Part shown: positions 27,219 through 40,977 of the stretch, one piece after another
How the letters are laid out: each line of letters begins with the position of its first letter
Position numbering within the stretch: position 1 is the first letter of the stretch
DNA from: Eledone cirrhosa
Taxonomy: Eukaryota
Direction: 5' to 3'
DNA: 64,000 nucleotides
NCBI GenBank assembly: GCA_964016885.1
Contig: OZ024742.1
Location: forward strand, 255,936,001 to 256,000,000
Made by a program: the position numbers and the translations under genes
The notes under the pieces: model-generated
Seen by the model: only the letters and a program-made list of their open reading frames with translations
The model's database searches: none
What the model was told of the DNA's origin: nothing

Positions 27219-27497
27219 AAGGAACGGAAAATATATTTTTAGTAAATTCGCTCCTTAGTCGTTTAGGTGTTCGGCCTGCAATCTTTATATCCGGGTTTCT
27301 CACCGAAGTGAATGTGATGGTCATTGGCATACTTGTTGTGGAACAGCTAGGAACTCAGCTTGTAACGGATGGGCAGTTGTATTGTATTATCCAACACTTA
27401 ATGTCACAAAACCGGGATAAGCTCTGACCTGATGAGAGTCTGTGTTTTCGACGGGCGTTATAATTTTAACCCATCATGTAGGGTTATGTGAAGCTGG

Positions 27498-27675
27498 GTA
27501 GCTTAGAGATTAGGCTGTTCGACTCACGATCGTAAGGTATAGAATCAGATTCTGACAGCGCACTTTGTAATTCACAGAGCCGTCCTTGTCATGTGTGTCA
27601 TAGTGAATCACTCCGGGAACTATGATATGGGTGCGGGTGTCTGTGAAATGTTCAACCACTAACACTTGAATTTAC
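27498..27675 (+). mobile_element. Old SINE (similar to 39130-39450)
   Basis: Shares tcgactcac/atg..gtaagg and gggaactatg/gagaattac..gtgtctgt blocks with the 39130 copy. Confidence 0.45.
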
Positions 27676-28780
27676 CAATTTTCAACACAGTTTCTTTCTA
27701 CCCAATTTCACACTTAAGGTCTGTGTCGATCCACAATTATGGCAAATGGCACTTACTTAAATATACCACCCAGTAGTAGCTATCCCGAGGACTAATGTTT
27801 GTGAAGCGAATTACTTAATTATTTTTCTATGCAGCATTCACACCAATTATGTCATTATAAAGGTAACAGAAGACATATCATATGATATGAGAACAAATGT
27901 AAGGAGTGCCGCCAGTAATAACATTACTGTAATTGTTCCACTAAATCTTCACAAATCATATCATCTGTCACACTTTGGTGTGACAGTTTTACGTATTTCT
28001 CTGTTAATAGAAGAGGATGAACGGCTTGCCTTGACTTACGATGTTTTTAGAGACCCTCATCAGAAAAACAATTACATACTTTATAACCCACGAAGAAATA
28101 TGTAAAGAAAGGCTTTATATAGTCATCAAATATTGGCAGAACTAAATAACTGAACCTACTAATTGGCATAATGCTAGTAATTAGGGTAGTTGTTAATTCA
28201 ATCATATATAAACATTTCCGTTAAACAGTTGAACGATATCAGTATAAATACATATGTGTACGCAAACAATACAGCATTTAACCGAAGTTGTGGGAAATGT
28301 ATATATGAGAAACATCTATATATGTAAATAAGTAAACATGGCATATTTACATATTAATCAGTAGATTTAAAAAAATGAACAGCTAACTAGGGCCGGACTT
28401 AATGTTGATCGTGGTGGTGGGGCACATGGGATAATTGCCCCTGTTCACCAAATTGACGGCCGTAGCACTTTATTTGCGACCTCTGTCGGGGTTTTTATAA
28501 TCTTTATCCCTTTCCCAACGAGAACTATTTTGTAAGAATGCATTTAATGCCATTATTGTGGCAACATTCTCAAAAATTTCTCAGCTTTCGAGATTGTTAT
28601 CAGAACAATAATTTAATAAAGAATGTTTAATGTCATTAATATGGAGTCATAAAAATGTTTCTACGTAAGCGACATCAGGTGGTTGTGGCATTGTGTGTCT
28701 GTTTTCCACTGAAAGATTGGACAAATTCATCTCTATACATTTCTGTCTTTCTCTTTCGCTCTCTTCATTTATGGCAATGT

Positions 28781-28830
<50 letters not shown>

Positions 28831-29518
28831 CTGTGTACCTCTCATTATTGTCTATAACTCCCTCACGGTAGAGTAACCACGGAAGTATAGTGACTGCTTT
28901 CAAGCTAATACTATATACACTTCCAGTCTTCCTTCTGTAGCCTCTGCATTGTATTAATGTCCCCTCTGCCTTTCGTGACATTTTTCGTTGCTACAGGGGA
29001 TTTAACTCCAATTCTTGACCGCTGTATCACGTGATAGGTCTCCCTACGCCTTCTCGAGATTCTTTCGCGCGATGCAGACCTGTTTTCAAATTTTACATGA
29101 GGTATTCTGATAAGTCGGCAAACATCACAAAAATGCTACATCTCTGTGATATAGGATTTTTGCAAAGTAGCCACGAAATTGTAATGTCGGGAATTTGAAG
29201 AAAAAATAGGTATATCTAATGTTTTTTCTTTCTTTATAATGTATTACATAGCTCTGATATAGTGTCAATTTAATTATTCCGATTATTTTGTCTCTCATAG
29301 TCATAGAGCAACACTGGTTAAGGTTGGCAACACACAATCTCACATACTTGTGAAAGATATATGTGTATATATGCATGTATATGTATGTATACACATATAT
29401 TTGTGTACCTTTCATTATTGTATATATATATATATAATTGAGATGAGCGCAACAAGTAAACATTAAACAATCTTTTAAATAAATTAAAATACGATTTAAA
29501 TATTTACCTATCCAAAAT

Positions 29519-29597
29519 GCTTTTAACGACGGTTTCGCCTCACAAAAGATTGGAAATCCAAAGGGCTTCCAATGGAAAGATCGGCTCTTCAGAAAGC
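29519..29597 (-). ncRNA. Type I HHR, extended stem II
   Basis: gcttt-CTGAAGA-gcc[ttggaa..ttccaa]ggc-GAAAC-cgtc-GTT/aaaagc. Confidence 0.75.
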
Positions 29598-29941
29598 TAT
29601 TTCCATTCTATAGGACGTAAAATCTCACAGTTTGTAAATATATCGCCTACTGCCAGCTAGTGTGAGGTCAAGTCGTTAAAATGACCCACACATAAACTGG
29701 TCGTTAGTGAAAGCGAGCATATTATAGACATGTTGGTTGCCACGCTACTAAAAGTAGCAGTTAGGTACAACACTTTTTTCTCTACACACATGGGAGAATA
29801 TATATAAAATGAGAATAATATCCCCACAGAAACTGAGTACCCACGGAAATATATAGGGTGTCTATAATACATTTGTTGTTCAATGGTATTAATTTCCATT
29901 GGAAGTCCTTTGGGGATATTAATCTCATTGTATGTATATAT

Positions 29942-30183
29942 ATATAAGTTAAAACAATGAAATAAAAAATCAAATCATTAGAGATATACTTCACTGCTTA
30001 AGCAGTGAAGTATATCTCTAATGACTTGATTTTTTATTTCATTGTTTTAACTTATATCATGACTCTGTTTTCCTTTTAATGTTTTATTGTTTTCTGAGAT
30101 TTATCTTGACATACATTTTCAACATATGGATTACATTGAGTTCTTCATACAGAATAGACCCCACAACTTACAGTGGATACATC

Positions 30184-30190
<7 letters not shown>
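29942..30190. mobile_element. Spacerless palindrome (58-bp arms) plus ~130-bp extension, between TA tracts
   Basis: Centre is gctt|aagc at 29999/30000. Confidence 0.8.
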
Positions 30191-30242
<52 letters not shown>

Positions 30243-32049
30243 ATAATAATAAATTTGAAGACTAAATCCAATATATATATATACAAATTTTAGTACAGCA
30301 TCAACAAAGCTTTTGGTAGCAGCCAAGCTAACGAATGCAGTTTCGGTGTACAGCTAAGCACTCAATGGAGAATATTACCCCAGAGTTATAACATTACGTT
30401 TAGACAGCTTTGAAAATCAAATACACCGACCGATAGACGGGCCGCAGAGACCATAGCGACGAAAAAACTGAACTAGGAAAAATTTATATATATATATATA
30501 TATATATATAAATTCAGCGAGAATCGAATTTTGGCGGGTTGAAAAAGCGAAACGGAACGCAAAATCATCAGTTATATTACATATTACTTTACCAATGATA
30601 ATAATAACGAAGGCAAGTTGTTTTACACATAAATTTCACTGTTTTACGATCCTTTCCGAGGGATGATGTATATTGACCGATCATACCGTCTTCTTCGGAA
30701 ACAATGGTGTTAGAATGTTTATTGGTAGTATATAAGCAGGGTAGATACAATAATAGACATACCATACAAATATATATTCAAGATTGCCTTTTTTTGATTG
30801 ATGAAAATAGTGGAGGGGAGTGTTTTCTGACCCTATCACCACTCTCATTTGAGAAGAAGAAGAAGAAGAAGAAGAAGAAGAAGAAGAAGAAGAAGAAGAA
30901 GAAGAAGAAGAAGAAGAAGAAGAAGAAGAAGAAGAAGAAGAAGAAGAAGAAGAAGAAAAAGAAGAAGAAGAAGAAGAAGAAGAAGAAGAAGAAGATGATC
31001 ATAAATGTGCTGAGTGCTTCGTGCTAGGTATAATAAATCTTCAGAGAAGAGATATCTAAAGTTGAGGAATGTCAAGCATTCGGTTCATAATAACTAACAC
31101 TGTTTTTACATGGGTGTTCTAATTCATATATAGGGAACTTACTTGGTTATTATTAAATTAAGTTTATTATGTTAATTTATTTGTTACTGTATTGTTAACT
31201 TGAGAAAGTAATATTTAACAAATAATATTTAATAAAAATTCCAATTTAGATGGCATACCTTGTTTCTTAATCGAAGTTATCTATGTATACATAAATACAC
31301 ATATAGTAAGAAAAAAGAAATTCAAATCCAATGCTGATTTAGGATCGGTAATAAAGTTTGGATACAGGAAGAATCATTTACATAGTTTGTTCGGGTTAAT
31401 TTGTAAGTCATATAATAGGTGAAATTTAATTCCAATATGGGAAAATATTTAGTGATATATATTTTTCAAGGCTACCATTATCCAAGGTTAGATGATATTA
31501 ATGCATGGTAAATTTCAATATTGCTTTCGGTTATTTATTAGAGTTTAGATAGATGAATATGATTTTTATTAAGTCAATTTGGTTAGTTAGATTTAAGTTA
31601 TTTTGATTAGTTTGGAAGCAGTAGCGTCCAGTGGGAGATGCCTTGGTCACGGACATCCTTTCTGTGGGGGGCATCATTTGAAGGAAAAGAACTTAATATA
31701 TTTGATTGATTCATATCAAAGTCGAATAAAGCGTTTATTTTATGTTTCATCTGTGTTTATATAGTCAAAATGTTTTCCTTTCTCATAATATTTCTCAGTA
31801 CATTTGGCCTTATACATGAGTCTTTGGGGCATACAATAAAGATTTGCTCCGGGCATCACCAGAGCTCTGCACGCCGCTATTTGGGAGTCAATAGTGTTAT
31901 TGAAATGAGGAAATAGTCTATCCTCTTTTGAAGGATCAAATTTATGTTGATTCAGTTAATTACCAACATTCATTTATTCTATAGGCAGATTATTTGGGTA
32001 AGAATATGTTATTTCTAGTTATGTCTCACTTGGTTGAAGAAACTAGTTA

Positions 32050-34560
32050 TGACGATAGTGATTTCAAGTATTAGGTGGGTTTATACTATTTGAATGTTTT
32101 CAGGATTATATGATTACATGAAATAATTAATTCCTGCTTTTTATTTAGTAACCTATCCTTATATTTCATGATTTAGAACAATTCCAGGGAACATAATGGG
32201 CACTCCCTTCTTCCGCCTTGATACGTGTTAGTTCTCTTTAGGGTACTCCATTTTAAGTTGTATTTTTCATTTTGAAATTGTTAATAATTTCTGCTAGTGA
32301 GGTGATTATAGCTAATTTAATATTTTTAAAAGAATGAGTATGAGAATAGAACCTTTTCTTAAATGAATTAGAAGTAGCAGCTATGTTGGATTGTGTAGTG
32401 TCCTTAGTAATTAATTTACATTTATATACTGTACTGCTAATCAAGCAATTGCCATTAAGTGGGCAGTTAGCTTTAAATCTACGATTGCATATATTTGTTT
32501 GGGATGAGTTATGTAATCTAAGATTATTATGTAAATTATTATTATTATTTTTGTTACTATTATTAATGGTATCACTGCTTGTATTGGTGTATATTTCGTT
32601 GGTAATGCGACTAATTGAGGATGATATTATGGATACAGAATTGTTAGATAGTAAGTTTGTTTGCCTTAAATTAGTTGGTGTTGGGCTAGTTGCGGGTGTA
32701 TTTTCTATGATATGACCAGTCGATGATTGCTGGATACTTCATTTAATTGACCTAAGTTAGTGGGTATTTTGCAGGCTGTGGGTGTGTAGTTAGTATTATT
32801 AGATGTGTTTTGGTTTACATTGTGAGTACTGTTTTGATCTGATTGAGCAAAACCAACGTGATATTTGGATTCAGCACGTCAAATTTGTCCTAAATCTGCT
32901 AAATAAACTTAGACAATAAATTTGGTGTTGACCATTGTTAATCATAGAAACAGGTGAATGTACATTTAAGGTTACTCCAGAGTTATAATATAGGAGGTTT
33001 TTATTTACATTATCCATTCGCTTGGTTGAGTTATTAGCGCATATATTGTTAGTAATGATGCTAAAACATTATGGCATGCATTAGCAGAAAGAAGGTTAGA
33101 AGAGTTGCCCTTGGGAAATAATTTCTTGTTGTTTACGAGTTTGTAGATATAGGGTTATTTCTAGATTTTGGTATTAAATTTACGGAGCAAGTTTTAGTAG
33201 CTATAAGACTATCAGAACCGTTGTTAGACACTACATTTTAGTACTTTCTGTAGATCATAGGCGCTGGACCATTGATGCTATTATTCGGTATGTATGTGAT
33301 GCATATGCTCTTTGTATCCGCTTCTGGCGAGGGCGTCATTGTAGTATGGCGCATTCTTATAGAATATGTCCTCATTAGCTGACAGTCTTAAGATCCAAAG
33401 TGATATGTTGTATACTAGGTTGACAAGGATAGAACTAATGTGGTTAGATTGATTATGAATATAATGCAGATTTTTATTAGGTTTATGGCATGGTTGATAA
33501 ATACCAGTAGATAAGACCACTGTGATATCCAGTAAATTAACTATTTTACTACTATCTTTGAATGTTATTGACGGATTGTAAAAGTCCTGAAGGACATTTT
33601 TAATTTGCTTTTTAATTCTTTCTATGGATAAGAGACTGAGAATTTTACCCGTCTGAAGTGAGTCATCCCGATACAAACCACCTTCTAGGCGAGGAAAAGA
33701 GGATTTAATGTTAGATAGGAGGAAGAGATCCACAAGTTCCGTATCTTGAGCCAAATCCATCGAACCCATTCTGAAGTCATAGAAATCATCATAAGAATTT
33801 CTCGTCTAGTAGTCACCTTGAAATTCTATTAGGGTTTTTCTGGCCTGAATGATGATTTCAATTTCACTCATACTAATATCCGATTTAGATCCAATAAGGC
33901 TTTATTGAAGAAAATAGGGCATATTGACGAGTAGTAACTATCGATATCAGATTGTAGGAATGATGCTGTTTTTTTTTTTTTTAAACTTAATAAACCAGGC
34001 GATTACTTCTGATGGATTTTCCCAGACAGGAAGTTTAACGTGCTTTCTCACCAGAAGAATAATCCTATCCTAAATCTTTTAACTAATTCGGCTTATATCG
34101 GATTTAGAAGGGCGGATCAAACTAATTGATGGATTCGAGTTAAAGTTAGGTTTGTTATATTTCAGGTTGAATTTCAGACTTTTAGGTGTAAAGAGTTCGG
34201 TTCTATCATCATTGTGGAGGTTATTGACTATTGAATACGTTTTATTATTGATGTTTGTGAGTGCGCTGCCATTAGTTTTCTTAAAGTTCTTCCTTAGTTC
34301 TTTTCTAATGAAATCATTATATTTATCAACATCCATGTTGTATATGCTCCCAGTTCTGTCCGAGTAGACATGAATTTTATTAGAGTTTATTAATTTATTT
34401 AAAATAGTGTCTAATTCTTTTGGGAATTAAGATTTGTGTTTTCGAAATTTAATCTGCTTAATCATGTTCAGTAGCTCTTTCTCGAAGTTATCCAGGATTG
34501 GGTTATGTGGAGAATTCCTATAAATCCCGAGGTCAAAATTATTTTTCTTATCTTCTTTTC
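32050..34560 (-). pseudogene. PLE RT + GIY-YIG polyprotein, decayed
   Basis: KPNFNSNPSISLIRPSKSDISRIS, MGSMD...ELVDLFLL, GLYRDD, NLLDITV, HKPN..YIHNQSNH, CPLNGNCLISSTVYKC, FKKRFYSHTHSF. Confidence 0.85.
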
Positions 34561-34891
34561 ATAAGGCATCTTTTCTCAGAAGATTAGCACAAAACACTCA
34601 CCACATTTATTATCTTCTTCTTCTTCTTCTTCTTCTTCTTCTTCTTCTTCTTCTTCTTCTTCTTCTTCTTCTTCTTCTTCTTCTTCTTCTTCTTCTTCTT
34701 CTTCTTCTTCTTCTTCTTCTTCTTCTTCTTCTTCTTCCACTTCCTCATCAAATGATAGTGGCGACATGGTCCTAAAAGACACCTTCCACTATTTTTAACA
34801 ATCAAAAGAGGCAATCTGGAATATATATATTTGTATGGTGTCTATTCTAATACCTACCCTGCTTATACACTACCAATACAAATCCTAACTT

Positions 34892-35019
34892 CATTGTTTC
34901 CGACGAAGACGGTATGATCGAACTTATATATTATGTCTGATAGTGTACTGTTCTCTAACTGCTAGAGATCAGTTAATATATCAATATGATCAACTCTCCG
35001 AAACGATCGTAAAACAATG
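34892..35019 (+). ncRNA. Type I HHR variant, CCGACGA core (mirror 30637-30706, minus strand, CCGAAGA)
   Basis: 8-bp stem I cattgttt/aaacaatg, GAAAC-gatc-GTA, long stem II region. Confidence 0.7.
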
Positions 35020-35206
35020 AAATAGATATGTAAAATAACTTGCCTTCGCTATTATCATCATCGTTAAAATAATATCTAATATATCAGACACTGTATCTAA
35101 AAGATTGATTCAGCGAAACACGGAACCTATCTCTGGATCTCACTTGCTAACGGATTACATTAAGTTCTAACTACGGTATAGACCCTATCACGAAAGGTAG
35201 ACCACA

Positions 35207-35241
<35 letters not shown>

Positions 35242-35400
35242 AATTAGTAAATTTGTATTCCAATGTTACTAAGTAGTTGCATTGTATGGGGTCAACCGAC
35301 GTCAGAGATTGCTCAACGTATAATAAAGTGTGTTTTAAAATCCGGAGAAAATATGAAGAAGAAGTTTACGAAATGGAAATGCGGGTATATAGAATTTATT

Positions 35401-35517
35401 AGGTAACAATTGTTTCTATAGTGTATGGGTTACCTATACCTCGCTATTTGAATAATATAAAAATATTATCATAAACCGAGCGTACACTGTAAGCAAACAC
35501 ACCATGTCATCAGACTT
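35401..35517 (-). ncRNA. Type I HHR, long stem II (mirror 37125-37223, plus strand, with deletion)
   Basis: gt-CTGATGA-c-atggtgtg...tacactat-a-GAAAC-aatt-GTT/ac. Confidence 0.6.
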
Positions 35518-35844
35518 TTGTATTGTAATGATATAAAACTATTTTATACACTAGATAAAAGATAAAGAAGGAGGTAGGAAGAGAAGGGGAAGAGGGAAGT
35601 GAGTAAGGTGGAGGGAGTCTTAGGATTTAAGACTGTCAGACTAGTAGAGATTGCGGGGAGAGAATGTTTTGGCAGCAGTTAGCTTAATGAGGCGTGTTAG
35701 GGTTGGCGGGGAAGTAAATCCTTCTAGTGGTGTTGTTCGGCCAAAATTTAGTTAAAGGGGTCAAAGTGGTACAGTGTCACAGACAGGTTATTAGGGCTAT
35801 TATAGTAGCAGGTTATTTCTAAAAGGGTCTAAAAGGTCTAAATT

Positions 35845-36025
35845 GGTGGATTGGCAGTATCGGTAGAGGGTCGGACGCCATGCTTTCCAGCATAGTTACG
35901 TCCCTTTACGATCTGAGTTCAAATCCCGCCGAGGTTGACTTTGCCTTTCATCCCTACGGGGTCGATAAAATAAAGTACCAGTAATGCACTGGGTAATTGC
36001 TGGCCTTGTGCCTAAAGTAGAAACA
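35845..36025 (+). mobile_element. SINE S1 with 18-bp TSD
   Basis: gttatttctaaaagggtc at 35812-35829 and 36026-36043. The SINE is absent from the mirror arm. Confidence 0.92.
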
Positions 36026-37265
36026 GTTATTTCTAAAAGGGTCCAGAAAAACAGTGTTTAGTACTATTATTATAGAAAGCCATATCTTGTGTATAAACAT
36101 ATAAAACAGAAATTTGCAAACGGTGGTGTAAAAGGTAACATTATATGCATTTAAAAAAAGAAAAAGTCGTTTTCAAACGATGGTTACAGTATAGAGAACG
36201 TTCAATTTTGCTGTTCAAAAGTTTGTTTACCGACGTTAAAATGCAGTATATCTCTAAATTGCATAACTTGCAGAATAAGGATTTTGCTGATATGCAGGCG
36301 CAGCAGCAATAATTTGCCAATCAAGGGAGAACGCTTGATTGTTCCTCCGAAGCTGCCAGGCTTTATCGGCGAGGGTTGTTACGGAGCGCATTTTCTCGTG
36401 CCTGATCGAAGATCGATGTTGGTATAGGCGAGACTTGAAAGAAGTTGCGGTACAACCGACGTAATACCATTTGTTGGTTCCGGAATTTATTGTACAATGG
36501 TAGACAATATTGCGTGCTAGGCACTGGTTATTCAGTGGGAACGTACCTGGTTTGGTGCAGTTACAATTATTTTTATGTTTTGCAGTAGAATCCTGGATAG
36601 TTTGGTGGGGTTGTGGTTGCGTGTTAGTGCGTTGTATGTTGCTATGCTGGTGCGCTGAGTCATTAGGGATGTACTTATTCAGTATTGCTGAGTTGCTTTT
36701 TTTAAATGCATATAATGTTACCTTTTACACCACCGTTTGCAAATTTCTGTTTTATATGTTTATACACAAGATATGGCTTTCTATAATAATAGTACTTAAC
36801 ACTGTTTTTCTGGACCCTTTTAGAAATAACCTGCTACTATAATAGCCCTAATAACCTGTCTGTGACACTGTACCACTTTGACCCCTTTAACTAGATTTTG
36901 TCCGAACAACACCACTAGAAGAATTTACTTCCCCGCCAACCCTAACACGCCTCATTAAGCTAACTGCTGCCAAAACATTCTCTCCCCGCAATCTCTACTA
37001 GTCTGATAGTCTTAAATCCTAAGACTCCCTCCACCTTACTCACTTCCCTCTTCCCCTTCTCTTCCTACCTCCTTCTTTATCTTGTATCTAGTGTATAAAA
37101 TATTTTTATATCATTACAATACAAAAGTCTGATGACATGTACCTTCGGTTTATGATAATATTTTTATATTATTCAAATAGCGAGGTATAGGTAACCCATA
37201 CACTATAGAAACAATTGTTACCTAATAAATTCTATATACCCGCATTTCCATTTCGTAAACTTCTT

Positions 37266-37336
<71 letters not shown>

Positions 37337-37337
<1 letters not shown>

Positions 37338-37488
37338 GGTTACACAACAGTTAGTTCACCATCCGCTAAGGTGAAACAATTGTTCTCGGTATGGTAAACT
37401 AACTGTTGTGTAACCACGTCTACCTAACTCGTCCCATGGACTGAGTGCTCTACCACTACTGATATTACCTTCCAGTGTTCCACCACTA
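37337..37488 (+). mobile_element. Mini fold-back with HHR 3' half in the loop
   Basis: 37337-37365 versus 37387-37416. The loop contains GAAACAATTGTT. Confidence 0.65.
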
Positions 37489-37494
37489 TATATA

Positions 37495-37550
<56 letters not shown>

Positions 37551-37589
37551 GTGGTCTACCTTTATATATATATATATAATGTGGTCAAC

Positions 37590-37634
<45 letters not shown>

Positions 37635-37637
<3 letters not shown>

Positions 37638-37729
37638 GGACGGATTTAATGGGGGCAAAGAGGGTAATTTATGAGGGGCCCACAAAATCAGAAATGCCCT
37701 GGGCCCCACGATATCTAAATTTGGCCCTG
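37635..37729. mobile_element. ~95-bp MITE (hAT-like termini)
   Basis: cagggacggattta ... taaatttggccctg. Confidence 0.6.
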
Positions 37730-37942
37730 CAGCTAACTTGCGTCTTGGTTCTTATTGGGTTCACGTACATCAGCTTTGTTATTGCTGCCACATTTGATAG
37801 ATTTATAAATCCTTTAGTTTTGTATTTCTCTGTGAAGTGAAAGGGATATAAATAGCAACTAAAATGATCCAAGCAAGAAATCCAACTTGACTGAAGCCGT
37901 CTATCATTTCTTCAATTTATTATGTAATATATAATAATTTTT

Positions 37943-38110
37943 CTTCTGTTGGCAAACCACCAGCATTTACCCCAGTGCATTACTGGTGCTTTATTTTATC
38001 TACCTTGTAAGGATCAAAAGCAAAGGTGACATCGGCGTGATTTGAACTCAGAATGTAAAGGGCCATAACTATGCTAAAATCATGGTGCCTGACGCTCTAC
38101 CGATTCGGCT
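37943..38110 (-). mobile_element. SINE S1, degenerate
   Basis: cccagtgcattactggt...atttgaactcaga...ctctaccgat. Confidence 0.75.
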
Positions 38111-38171
38111 ATATCTTGTACTGATTCTCTACATATATGTGATTTTGGTTACACACTAATATAAATTTAAA

Positions 38172-38351
38172 TAATTGTTTCTACTTTAGGCACAAGGCCA
38201 GCAATTACCCAGTGCATTACTGGTACTTTATTTTATCGACCCCGTAAGGATGAAAGGCAAAGTCAACCTCGGCGAGATTTGAACTCAGATCATAAAGGGA
38301 CGTAACTATGCTGGAATGCATGGCGTCCGACCTTCTACCGATACTGCCAAT
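38172..38351 (-). mobile_element. SINE S1
   Basis: Near-identical to the reverse complement of 35849-36025. Confidence 0.9.
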
Positions 38352-40977
38352 TGAATTAACTAGCACCGTTTGTACTAAAATTATGCAAATTGGCAGGTTC
38401 AGTTCCCTAGTTCTTCCATATCTTATTTCTTTGTTAATAGTTTTTTATGAAGATCTCACCAACGATTAAACGACTGGTCAAACCATTGATATATTTTTTA
38501 CTCTACACAGAAATACGTCAATTCGACACGTTTATATATATAAGTGTGTGTTTAGATATATAGGTGTGTTTGTTTTACATACATAAGTGTATGTGTTTAC
38601 ATATAATAAGTATGTGTACTTACATATATAAATGTGTGTGCTCATTTATACAGGTGCATGGGTTTACATACACATTAATTGCAGCTTCAGTAAATCCTTC
38701 AATGTTCTTGTATATAGAGGAACGTAACTGCTTGATGTACAATTTACTGTATATAGTTTCTGTATTTTATTTTTTCTAAAAGCCTAGTGTAATTTTATGC
38801 TGGTACCACAATTCTCTTCCGATTGCGGATATCAAGAGAGATCCAATTTGGGTTTTTAATAACTTCCTTCCACCACTCATTGTGAAGTCAAATAACGTGA
38901 TAGTTGGAGTGGAGCAAATTTCGTTTTATATAGAATCCACATAATTCTAATTTGTCAAATGACATTAAGTAGTTTTCTCCACACGCACATGTCTAAACTT
39001 TTTTCTTTTTTCATTTTAAAATTGTAATCTGCAATTCCCTCCATTAACTCTAAACGTTTCCACATACCCGAATACATTAAACATGGCGTCTAAATGAATT
39101 ATGTCATTGCCAAATTGACGAGTGACTCATCGTGCCTTGGTGTGTAGTACTCGACTCATGGTTGTAAGGTTATGAACTCGCTCTACGGCGGCGTGTTGTT
39201 TCCTTGAACACGCTAATTTATTTCATAATGATCTGGTTCACACATCTGAAAAAGAAAATTATTGCACCTGTGATTCTAGTGGCTAGCCTTGTGAGTCACC
39301 GTATCTAAACAATTTCTCTGAGAATTACAGTAAGGTACGTGTGTCTGTAGAATTTTCGGCCATTCTCACATCCATTTCAGAAGCAGCATACTTCTTTGGG
39401 TAAAACTTTGGGTCAAACGTCGTCGAGACCGACAGATGTCCCATAACAACACATCGAGGATTAAATAAGCACTTTCAACTAATATATATATTTTAGTGTG
39501 TGAGAAAATATTTGGTTTATTTATATTTAACTTGAAGACAACTTCATAATATTTGTATTATAGAATGTTAATGGATATTTGAAATACTAAGACATAAATT
39601 CAATAATAATTGCGAATAATCTATTAATTATGAAATGTATTTTCCGGATTATTCTCTGGAGTAATTTCGTATTACTATGCGTAATGTTAAAATCAGTGAA
39701 AAGTAGAATTTAGAAAAATATTGCTTTTAACATATTTCATTATTATTGGAATAGTTCAACGTTAGGAAATATTGAAAAATATCTATCAATACATGACATC
39801 TAAGTTTTCAGAAAGGATATCAGATGACGGAAGCCATGTAAAAATCTCAATAAAATCCTTGCCTAAGCTGTAAATTAGCAGCTTTTAAATTCCCGTGGTG
39901 AATCTGAAAGAAAACTGAATTACACTAACAATGAACAACGTCGAGTATTTTACATCCCCATAGCGGCAGTAGAGAAAAAAACATCACCATTAATATTGTA
40001 TGAAATATTAAATGTAATGTTCAGAGCATTGAATCTCTATCCAGGATGACATTTCTAGCTGTAATTATAACTGTCAAATATAATTATTTTCTGTTTTAAC
40101 CACGAGAATAGCAGCAACTAGTAAAAGCATACTTCTGCATATTTCCCGCTAAAGTACGTTTTTTCCGGTTTTTGCAATCAGTGTCCTTTCACTGTTTAAT
40201 GATGATAACATTACTGACAAATAAGTAGAGATTTCAAAATTAATTCACGACTTTTAATATTGTTGCAGTAAATTCTTTGTCAGCAAGAATTATGATCACA
40301 TGCTTTCCATCTCCGACTGTCTCATTTAGGAATATATACGACTAAATTACCTAATGTGCATTGCTCTACTTCTCACCATCTTGTATAACTGAAGTAACGC
40401 AACTAAGTGACAATGCTTTGTGGAATTTTTTACGATTGTCTGTAAACTGATTTCAAATTCCGGACATGTCAACGATGTATGTCATCATTTCGAGATCGAT
40501 GATTATAGTACCAGATTAACTCGGGTCGATTATTCCGCTATATCACTTTGCCATTTGTCTCTCTCTCTCTCCCTCTCACTCTTAATTTCTCCGGAAGAAA
40601 TTTGATGTATTCTGACCTGTAATGGGATAGGTTCCACCAGCTGTAACTGCCCATAACGCATGTAATGGTGGCTCCCCTGAGTCCCTATGGCTTGACTAAA
40701 TTACCTAAAGTATTTTGATCTTACACGTGGCAGTAAAGTGTGTGTTCTGGGGGTTCTTGCATCAAATTATGAATGTTTGTACATATAAATTAATTAAATG
40801 CTTTCAGTTATAGATACAAATTCTACTATTTCTATGTTAAAGATATTTCTTGAACACGAAATAATGTAGACCAGATCAACAGCGGATGGAAAGGCAATCC
40901 CTTTGTCTGGTGTGAAGAATTTAATCCTTTATTCTGAGCTCAATGCACTACGATAAAATACAGGCTTTTATAGGATA

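Larger units (their letters stand above)
30511..35075 (-). mobile_element. PLE (Naiad-like motifs) with inverted terminal copy containing (GAA)n
   Basis: 30581-31048 versus 34573-35075 are diverged inverted arms. RT and EN lie between them. Confidence 0.85.
35240..37268 (-). mobile_element. Truncated PLE with ~570-bp inverted copy
   Basis: 35356-36160 versus 36696-37268. The spacer encodes CNCTKPGTFPLNNQCLARNIVYHC...WYYVGCTATSFKSRLYQHRSS on the minus strand. Confidence 0.9.

Noticed and set aside
32440-32490. Selenocysteine (in-frame TGA) at Cys motifs, as reported for some Naiad PLEs
   Set aside because: No TGA at the inspected Cys-motif positions in the 32.4, 36.5 and 55.3 kb copies.
32825-32938. 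Possible Chapaev3 right-end fragment inside the PLE
   Set aside because: Only one terminus resembles it, and there is no clear TSD.
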